A stretch of 64,000 bases of DNA from the NCBI GenBank assembly GCA_963666565.1, contig OY762911.1:1216001-1280000 (forward strand), read 5' to 3'. The translations under genes and the position numbers were made by a program. Origin of the DNA: Thermoanaerobaculia bacterium. Lineage in GTDB: Bacteria > Acidobacteriota > Thermoanaerobaculia > Multivoradales > Multivoraceae. Below, in pieces: positions 57,033 through 64,000 of this stretch (positions are counted from its first letter, which is position 1; the number at the start of each line of letters is the position of its first letter). The notes beneath the pieces are model-generated. The model did no database searches and was not told where the DNA came from. It saw only the letters and a program-made list of their open reading frames with translations.

Positions 57033-59066
57033 CTACATCCGCTCGGGCAGCGGCACGCCGAGCAGTTCCGCCAGCGCCTCGAGCGACCGCTCGAAGATCC
57101 GCGTAACCGCAAGCCGCGCGTCCCGGAGATCCTCGTCCGCCTCGTGCAGGATGGGGTGCCGGTGGTAGATCGCGTGGAACTTCTGCGCCAGGTCCGCCGC
57201 GTGCCGGGCGATGAGCGACAGTTCGAGCGTCGCCGCCGCCCGCTCGACGACTTCCTGGCACTGCGAAGCGAGCAGCACCAGGTCCCATAGATCGTCCGGC
57301 CAGACCTCCGGCGGCAGGCCGGCGATCCGGCTCGCCGGCACCTCCCGGGGCAGACCCTCCTCCCGCAGGCGGCGGCGGATGTTCCGGGCGCGCACGGCGG
57401 AGTACTGGAGATACGGACCCGACTCGCCCTCAAACGAGGTCGCGTCGTCGATGTCGAAGGCGATCACCCGCGTCGTCGTGGCCCGCGCCATGAAGAAACG
57501 CAGCGCGGCGACGGCGATCTGGCGCGCGAGGAGGTCGACGTCCCCCGCGTCGGCGTCCGCGTCGTCGCCGGCGCGGCCGCCCGCCGCGCGCCGCTCCAGG
57601 ATCTCGGCCCGGCTCTTCGCCTCGAGCTGATCGAGCAGGTCGTCCGCCTTCACGCCGATGCCCTTGCGGCCGGACATCTCCAGCCTCGCGTCGCCGGAGA
57701 AGCCCAGGCGTTCGGCGGTCTTCGCCGACAGGGCGACCATCTCGTACGCGAAGTGGATGCTCTCCCTCGCTTCGTCGTGGTGGCCGAGCGCCTCCAGGCC
57801 GGCGCGGACGATCCGCTGCAGGTAGGCCTGCCGCGCGTCGATCACGTTGATTACGCGGCCGCCGGCGCCGAAGTCGGGAACGCGGCCGCCGTCGCCGTCG
57901 TCTTCGCGTGGACTCGCGCCCTCGCGGCCGCTCTCGCCGTCGCGTTCGTCCTCGCCGCCGCCGGCGGTCGCCGCCGCCTGGGCGGTTTCCCATGGCTGGC
58001 CGCCATCGAAGCGGGCGTACTCGAAATCGCGACCCAGCAGGCCGAACTTCCAGAGCTGGTAGGCGATGTCCTTGCCCACATAGGTCACCGTGCCGTCGGA
58101 GCGGACGATCACCTTGTCCGGGTCCTCCAGGCCCTGGAACTCCTCGCTGTCGGCGAGCGGCATGACCCAGCAGCCGGCGTTCTTGCCCGTCTCCTCGAAC
58201 CGCACGGCGCCGGTCGCCTTCAACTGCTCGAAGGCGGCGACGAAGAAGTCGAGGCGGAGGATCTCGCTCTCGCGGGTCAGCAGGTCGTAGTCGATGTCGA
58301 TGCGGGCCATCGTGGCGAGATGCCGCGCGACGATCCGCCGGGCGACCAGCCGGCCGGCCTCGGCGCGGCGGCCCTCGCCCGCTTCCAGGGCGTGGAGCGT
58401 TCGGCGGCGGAGTTCGAGCCGCGCCGCGTCGCCCTCGTACCAGCGGCCGACCTCGGCGTAGACGTCCCAGCAGACGTAGTCGAAGGGCTCGGGCAGCGCC
58501 TCGATGTCGGCGACCGAGCAGCCGCGCAGGTCGACGAAGCCGACGACCACGTCGGCGACCTGGACGCCGGTGTCGTCGATGTAGTTCTGGACCTCCGTCG
58601 CCTGCCCGAGCTGGCGGAGCGAGCGCGCCAGGACGTCGCCAAGCACCGCGTTGCGCAGGTGGCCGATGTGCGCGGCCTTGTTCGGGTTGATGTTCGTGTG
58701 CTCGACGATCACCTTGGCCGGCGAGCCGGCGCCCGCGCCGGCCGCCGCGGACGGCGCCACCGGAACGGCGTCGATCATGGCCGCCGCGAAACGGCTGCGA
58801 GCGAGCCGGAAGTTCACGTAGCCCGGGCCTTCCACCGTCACCCGCTCGAAGCCCTCCGGCAGCTCCAGGCACTCGACGACCCGCTCGGCGATCGCCCGCG
58901 GCGCCTGGCGCAGTTCGCGCGCGAGGTGCAGGGCGCAGGGACTCGCGAGGTCGCCCAGACTTCGCTGTGGCGGCACTTCGACCACCGGATCGTGGTCGAT
59001 GCCGAAGGCTCGCGAGAGGGCGCTTCGCAGCGCGCCTGCAACGGTGGTTCGTTCGCGCTGCAGCAT
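57033..59066 (-). CDS. argS: Arginine--tRNA ligase
   Basis: EHTNINPNKAAHIGHLRN (HIGH), MSGRKG and FEGESGPYLQY motifs; C-terminal PERM. Confidence 0.96.
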   Translation of the reverse strand: MLQRERTTVAGALRSALSRAFGIDHDPVVEVPPQRSLGDLASPCALHLARELRQAPRAIAERVVECLELPEGFERVTVEGPGYVNFRLARSRFAAAMIDAVPVAPSAAAGAGAGSPAKVIVEHTNINPNKAAHIGHLRNAVLGDVLARSLRQLGQATEVQNYIDDTGVQVADVVVGFVDLRGCSVADIEALPEPFDYVCWDVYAEVGRWYEGDAARLELRRRTLHALEAGEGRRAEAGRLVARRIVARHLATMARIDIDYDLLTRESEILRLDFFVAAFEQLKATGAVRFEETGKNAGCWVMPLADSEEFQGLEDPDKVIVRSDGTVTYVGKDIAYQLWKFGLLGRDFEYARFDGGQPWETAQAAATAGGGEDERDGESGREGASPREDDGDGGRVPDFGAGGRVINVIDARQAYLQRIVRAGLEALGHHDEARESIHFAYEMVALSAKTAERLGFSGDARLEMSGRKGIGVKADDLLDQLEAKSRAEILERRAAGGRAGDDADADAGDVDLLARQIAVAALRFFMARATTTRVIAFDIDDATSFEGESGPYLQYSAVRARNIRRRLREEGLPREVPASRIAGLPPEVWPDDLWDLVLLASQCQEVVERAAATLELSLIARHAADLAQKFHAIYHRHPILHEADEDLRDARLAVTRIFERSLEALAELLGVPLPERM

Positions 59067-59110
59067 CGGGGGCGCAGCCTATCCGGTACGGCAGCAAGGC
59101 CGCCCATGCG

Positions 59111-59166
59111 CGGCGCGTCTTCCGGTCGCCTTCGGCGGCAGCCGGCGGGGACGCCGGCGCATCCGG
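59111..59166 (+). repeat. REP-like variant copy between argS and the deacetylase gene
   Basis: CGGCGCGTCTTCCGGTCGCCTTCGGCGGCA-GCCGGCG-GGGA-CGCCGGC-GCATCCGG. Confidence 0.75.
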
Positions 59167-59241
59167 TACGCCGCCCTGCCGCAAAGCTGGCGCCGCTCTG
59201 GCGCGGTTGGGTCAGAATACGGACGTGCAAGGAACGGCGCC

Positions 59242-61053
59242 ATGACCGGACGCGAACGGCCGCTGCCGCCGACCGTGCCGGGTTCGGTCGTCGCCCGGCG
59301 GGTTCTCGTCCTGGCGCCCCACTACGACGACGAGGTGCTCGGCTGCGGCGGCCTGCTCCTGCAACTCGCCGCGGGCGGCGCGGAGATCGCGTGCGCCTTC
59401 CTGAGCGACGGATCGGGAGGCGGCGAGGGACCGCCGGAGGGGATGAGCGGCCGCGACTACTCGGCGCTGCGGCGCGCCGAATCGGAGGCGGCGACGGCCG
59501 CGCTCGGCATCGCCCGGGTGGAGCACGTCGGCCACCGCCACGGCTTCCCGGACGGCGGCCTGGCGCTCGCGCTCGGCGAACTGACCGGCCGGATCGAGGC
59601 GTTGCTCGAGGCCTGCGACCCCGACCTCGTCCTCGTTCCCTCGCCGCTCGAGGTGACGAAGGACCACCGGGCCACGTTCCGCGCCCTGCACGAAGCCCTG
59701 ATCGCCCGCCGCCGGGGCGGAGCGGACGGCAGCGAGCCGCCGGGCGCCCAGGACGACTCCTCGCCCGGCGACCTGCTGCTCCGGGTCCTCTGCTACGAAG
59801 TGAACCACCCCTTCTACCCGGATCTGCTCGTGGACGTGACGGCGGAGATCGACGGGATCGCCGCCGCGATGGCCCACTACCGGAGCCAGCAGGAACGGCA
59901 CGACTACCTCGACTCCTGCCTGGGTCTCCGCCGCTTCCGCGCCCACAGCCTGCCGCGGGAGTGCGGGTCCGCCGAGGGCTACCGCCGGTTGAAGGCGAGC
60001 GACTTCACCACCCGGAGCCCGGCTCAGCTCGTCGCCCACCTGGGAGGCGTGCCGGCGCTGGTCGAGGTGGAGTCGCCGCGCCGGGTGTCGATCGTCGTGA
60101 GAACGTACAACCGGCCGCGGCGGCTGGCCGAGGCGCTCGACAGCCTGGCCCGGAGCACCTGTCGGAACGTCGAGGTCGTGCTGGTGAACGACGGCGGCCG
60201 CACGCCCGAAACGCCGGACGACTTTCCCTTCCCGTTGCGCCGCGTCGAGCACGAGACGAACCGGGGGCGCGCCGCGGCCGCCCAGGCCGGCGTCGACTCC
60301 GCGACCGGCGACTGCATCGGCTTCCTGGACGACGACGACCTGCTGGCGCCGGAGCATCTCGAGTGCCTGACCGCGATGCTCCGCGGCGACGTCGAGGTCG
60401 CCTACAGCGACGCGGCCGTGGTCGTCTACGAGCCGACCGCGAACGGCTACAGGGAGTCGAGCCGCGGCCTTCCCTACAGCCGCGACTTCGACCGCGGGAT
60501 CCTGCTGCTGGACAACTACATTCCGTTCCATACGGTGCTGATGGCCAGGGAGGCCCTGGAACGCGCCGGCCCGTTCGATCTCGACCTGCCGGCCTTCGAG
60601 GACTGGGACCTGCTGATCCGGCTGTCGCGCTCGACGCCTTTCGTCCACCTGGCGCGGACGACCTGCGAGTACCGCCACTTCCTGGGCGGCGCCGCCGGCG
60701 CGTCGGCCGGCGGGCACGCTCTCGGCGGAGCGGCGTCCGGGCGGCACGACTTCGAGGCGCTGAAGGCGCGGGTGATGGCCAGGTACGCGGACGAACTCGA
60801 CGCGGAATCGCTGGCGGGCGCGGTGACCCGGATGCGGCGGGACGCGGTGCTGGCCGCCGGAGCGGCGCGGGCGCTGCTGCGGAAGACGCGGGCGGAGCTC
60901 GAACTCGTCCAGGCGTCGAACCGGGCGCGCGGCGCGGAGGTCGAGCGGCTCCACGTCCGCGAAGGCGAACTGGCGGCCGAGATCGAGAAGATGAAGGCCA
61001 CCCGCGCCTGGCGGCTGCACGAAACCCTGCAATCCTGGCGCGGCTCGGGGTGA
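59242..61053 (+). CDS. PIG-L/LmbE deacetylase - GT2 glycosyltransferase fusion
   Basis: LAPHYDDE...RRAES...DH (LmbE), then VSIVVRTYNR, VNDGG, FLDDDD, FEDWD (GT2); coiled-coil tail. Confidence 0.88.
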   Translation: MTGRERPLPPTVPGSVVARRVLVLAPHYDDEVLGCGGLLLQLAAGGAEIACAFLSDGSGGGEGPPEGMSGRDYSALRRAESEAATAALGIARVEHVGHRHGFPDGGLALALGELTGRIEALLEACDPDLVLVPSPLEVTKDHRATFRALHEALIARRRGGADGSEPPGAQDDSSPGDLLLRVLCYEVNHPFYPDLLVDVTAEIDGIAAAMAHYRSQQERHDYLDSCLGLRRFRAHSLPRECGSAEGYRRLKASDFTTRSPAQLVAHLGGVPALVEVESPRRVSIVVRTYNRPRRLAEALDSLARSTCRNVEVVLVNDGGRTPETPDDFPFPLRRVEHETNRGRAAAAQAGVDSATGDCIGFLDDDDLLAPEHLECLTAMLRGDVEVAYSDAAVVVYEPTANGYRESSRGLPYSRDFDRGILLLDNYIPFHTVLMAREALERAGPFDLDLPAFEDWDLLIRLSRSTPFVHLARTTCEYRHFLGGAAGASAGGHALGGAASGRHDFEALKARVMARYADELDAESLAGAVTRMRRDAVLAAGAARALLRKTRAELELVQASNRARGAEVERLHVREGELAAEIEKMKATRAWRLHETLQSWRGSG

Positions 61054-61075
61054 GGGCGGGGGCGGGAGGCCGCCG

Positions 61076-62353
61076 GTGACCCGCGTCGGCCTGGTGTGCA
61101 GCGAGGCGCTCGGGGAACGGGCGGCCGGCATCGGCATCCGCTACCTGGAGATGGCGCGGCGGCTGCCGGGGTTCGGGTTCGAGGTCGTCCTCGTCTCGCC
61201 CTGGCGTTCCGGCGAACCGCCGGACGTGCCGGCCGGTTCCGTCGAGGCGCGCCGGTTCGACTCCGCGCCGCTGCCGGAGCTGCTGGGGGACTGCGGCGCC
61301 GCCGTCGCCCAGGGACAACTGGCGAACGACGCGCTTCACGAGTTGCCCGAACTGCCTACCGCGATCGACCTCTACGACCCCTTCCTCGTCGAGAACCTCA
61401 CGCATCTCGAGACGCTGGGGCTCGACCCTTACCGGAACGACCACCGGAGCTTCGTCCACCAATTGTCTCGCGGCGATTTCTTCCTCTGTTCCTCGCCCGA
61501 GCAGCGCGCCTGGTACCTCGGCTTCCTGACCGCCCTCGGACGCGTGAACCCGCATCGCTACCGGGACGACCCGACGCTCTCCGGGTTGATCGCCGAAGCG
61601 CCGTTCGGCGTGCCCGATCCGCTCCCCGCGTACCGGCCGCTGCTGCCGCCGCGCGTTCCCGGCGAGCGCCGCGTTCTGTTCGGCGGGCTGTACGACTGGT
61701 ACGACCCGGCGCCCCTGCTTGAGGCGTTCGCCGGCCTGCCCGACCCGAACGCGAGGCTCCTCTTCGTGCGGCAGCCGCCCGGCGCCCAGGCGCCGCAGCG
61801 GCTGCTGGCGGAGGTGGAGGCGCGCAGCCGGAAGGAGGATCCGCTCCGCATCGGTTTCCTCGACTGGGCGCCCTTCGAGCGCCGCTACGACCTGCTGCGC
61901 GACGTCGACGCCCTCGCCGCCTGCCACCGGCCCGGACTGGAGACCGACCTGTCCCTGCGCACGCGGTTCCTCGACGCGCTCGCCGCCGGCTGTCCGGTGC
62001 TGACGACGGAGGGCGGCACAGTGCCGCGGCTGCTGCGGGAGTGGGACGCCGGGCTCGTTGTCCCCTGCGGCGACGTCGAGGCGCTGCGGGCCGGCCTCGC
62101 CGAGCTGGTCGCCGGCGGCCCGGAGGTCGAGGCGCGCGCGCGGCGGGGACGCGAGCGGACGCTGCTCGCCTACTCCTGGGAGCGCGCGCTGGCCCCGCTG
62201 GCTGCTTTCCTGTCTTCTCCGCGCACGGATCCGACGAAGGCCGAGTTCGCCTTCCGGCCGGACACGGCGGCGCCGGCCGACGATCTGGCGTTTCGCCTGC
62301 GGCGCTGGCTGCGGACGCGGCTGGCGGGCGCGCGCCCGGCGGGCATGTCGTGA
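61076..62353 (+). CDS. Glycosyltransferase (GT4-like)
   Basis: GGLYDWYDP and RTRFLDALAAGCPVL GT-B features. Confidence 0.8.
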   Translation: MTRVGLVCSEALGERAAGIGIRYLEMARRLPGFGFEVVLVSPWRSGEPPDVPAGSVEARRFDSAPLPELLGDCGAAVAQGQLANDALHELPELPTAIDLYDPFLVENLTHLETLGLDPYRNDHRSFVHQLSRGDFFLCSSPEQRAWYLGFLTALGRVNPHRYRDDPTLSGLIAEAPFGVPDPLPAYRPLLPPRVPGERRVLFGGLYDWYDPAPLLEAFAGLPDPNARLLFVRQPPGAQAPQRLLAEVEARSRKEDPLRIGFLDWAPFERRYDLLRDVDALAACHRPGLETDLSLRTRFLDALAAGCPVLTTEGGTVPRLLREWDAGLVVPCGDVEALRAGLAELVAGGPEVEARARRGRERTLLAYSWERALAPLAAFLSSPRTDPTKAEFAFRPDTAAPADDLAFRLRRWLRTRLAGARPAGMS

Positions 62354-62417
62354 GCGGGCGAGACGGCGTCGTCGCGGAGTCGCCGCGACGATCAGGGACC
62401 TGCGGCGGGAAGGGCTG

Positions 62418-63815
62418 ATGGCGGGCGCGCGAGGAAGCGGCGGCAACCGCGTCGGCAGCGTCGACGTCCTGGTCGTGAGCTGGAACGGCCGCCGCCACCT
62501 GGAGACGCTGCTGCCGGCGCTCGAGGCGCAGCGCGACCCAGGGGCCGCGGTGGGGATCCGGCTGTTCGACAACGGGTCGACCGACGGCACGGCGGCCTGG
62601 GTGCGGTCGGCGCATCCGCGGGTGGAGGTCGTCGAGCATCCGGCGAACCTCGGGTTCTCCGCCGCGAACAACCGGCTCGCCGAGCGCAGTTCGGCCGACG
62701 CTCTCGCGCTGGTCAACAACGACACCCGGCCCCGGACCGACTGGCTCGCCGAACTCGTCGGCGCGTTGCGGGCGGCGCCACCGGACGCGGCGGCGCTGTC
62801 CGGCTGCATCGTCGACTGGGAAGGGGAGCGCCTGGACTTCGGGCGCGGCGTCATGGCCTTCGACGGCCACGCGTTCCAGCTCGACTACCGCCGGCCCCTG
62901 ACAGAGGCGGACATGCCGGCCGAGGGCGCGGAACTGCTCTTCCCCTGCGGCGGCAACATGATCGTGCGGCGGGAGGCGTTCCTCGCTGCCGGCGGATTCG
63001 ACGAGAGCTACTTCGCCTACCTCGAGGACGTCGACCTCGGCTGGCGTTTCTGGTCGGGCGGCGAACGCGTGCTGTCGGCGCCGCGGGCCGTCGTCCGCCA
63101 TCGCTCGAAGGCGACAAGCGACCTGCTGGGCAACGCGAATCGCGGCCTCCTGTTCGAGCGCAACGCCTACTTCACCGCGTTCAAGAACTACGACGCCGAA
63201 CTTTGGCCGCTGCTCATGCCGGCGGTCCAGTTGACGTTGCTCGCCCGCACGCAGCAGTTGCTGGTGCGCCGCAACCCCGGCGGTGAGGCCTTGGCCCTGG
63301 ACCCGTTCGACATGGTCTCGGGCGGGAGCGCGACGGCTGCCGCCGGAGACGCGATGGCCGCCGCCGGAGGCGCGATGGCCGCCGCCGGGGCCGCGATGGC
63401 TGCCGGCGGTCGCCGCGGACGGCCGGGGGCCGACGGCGGGGCGGCGCCGCGGGGCCTCTGGCAGCGGACGCGGGATGTCGTGGCCTTGCGGACCCGGCTG
63501 AGAAGGCTTGCCCGCCGACTGGGCGGCCTGCCTGCCGGTGCGCCGGCCATCGTCGACGACCAGACCGTCGCCCAGGTGCGGGCGCTTTCGGCGATCGTGC
63601 GGGGCCTGGACGCCGCCGCCGCACGGCGACGCCTCGTCCAGGCCAGGCGGCGGCGGCCGGACCGCGAGATCCTGGAGCGCTTCCCTCTGTACCTGGTGCC
63701 GACCTATCCCGGCGACGAGGATCTGTTCGCCAGCGAGGGCTTCCGGTCCCTGTGGCCGGAGAGCGTCGTGCCGGTCCATCGTCGCCTGGAGGACGTGATG
63801 GAGGTGGAGCGGTGA
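62418..63815 (+). CDS. Glycosyltransferase family 2
   Basis: VVSWNG, DNGSTDG, NLGFSAANN, VNND and FAYLEDVDLGWR motifs. Confidence 0.9.
   Translation: MAGARGSGGNRVGSVDVLVVSWNGRRHLETLLPALEAQRDPGAAVGIRLFDNGSTDGTAAWVRSAHPRVEVVEHPANLGFSAANNRLAERSSADALALVNNDTRPRTDWLAELVGALRAAPPDAAALSGCIVDWEGERLDFGRGVMAFDGHAFQLDYRRPLTEADMPAEGAELLFPCGGNMIVRREAFLAAGGFDESYFAYLEDVDLGWRFWSGGERVLSAPRAVVRHRSKATSDLLGNANRGLLFERNAYFTAFKNYDAELWPLLMPAVQLTLLARTQQLLVRRNPGGEALALDPFDMVSGGSATAAAGDAMAAAGGAMAAAGAAMAAGGRRGRPGADGGAAPRGLWQRTRDVVALRTRLRRLARRLGGLPAGAPAIVDDQTVAQVRALSAIVRGLDAAAARRRLVQARRRRPDREILERFPLYLVPTYPGDEDLFASEGFRSLWPESVVPVHRRLEDVMEVER
63336..63407 (+). repeat. In-frame 21-bp tandem repeat (AAAGxAM)x3 in the GT2 gene
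   Basis: GCTGCCGCCGGAGACGCGATG / GCCGCCGCCGGAGGCGCGATG / GCCGCCGCCGGGGCCGCGATG. Confidence 0.85.
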
Positions 63816-64000
63816 ACGGCTCGCCGGAGTGGAGCGTCGTCATTCCGACCTTCGACCGCCTGCCGGCACTCCGGGAAGTGCTGGAGGCGGTGGACGCCCA
63901 GGAGGGACCGGCCTTCGAGGTCGTCGTGGTCAACGACGGCAGCGCGGACGGGACGGCCGCCTGGCTCGACGAACGGGCCGCCGGCGCCGGCGGCGGGGAG
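63812..64000 (+). CDS. Glycosyltransferase family 2 (partial, runs off the window)
   Basis: Hand translation: VNGSPEWSVVIPTFDRLPALREVLEAV...FEVVVVNDGSADGT; GTGA overlap with the upstream gene. Confidence 0.85.
   Translation, partial: MNGSPEWSVVIPTFDRLPALREVLEAVDAQEGPAFEVVVVNDGSADGTAAWLDERAAGAGGGE

Overview
Very GC-rich bacterial chromosomal window. The gene repertoire (CRTAC1/ASPIC-UnbV, TPR-sulfatase, Oar-like TonB receptor, FtsZ tail [11 protein letters not shown], ArgRS type) suggests Acidobacteriota; this is inference, not a database result. Left to right: a truncated multiheme (>=5 CxxCH) cytochrome c with a PA14-like domain; a TPR / CRTAC1 / sulfatase-TPR / TonB-receptor locus; an imino-/amino-acid catabolic cluster (M28 peptidase, aldo-keto reductase, Ser/Cys proline-racemase-family enzyme, atypical SDR, TRAP and SSS transporters, cyclodeaminase, PLP dehydratase); a small toxin-antitoxin/Sel1 islet; an Fe3+-type ABC transporter; an MFS; an ERG4/ERG24 sterol reductase homolog; tRNA-fMet; ftsB-mfd and two PPIases; the dcw cluster (mraZ to ftsZ, no murB or ddl); argS; and a glycosyltransferase cluster. 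The most notable non-gene signal is a family of about 13 REP-like hairpin repeats with compensatory stem changes. Several lie in frame within the n-regions of signal peptides, and one sits in a spacer bridged by translationally coupled mini-ORFs. No CRISPR array, rRNA or intact transposase was seen. All calls come from reading the sequence by eye; no searches were run.
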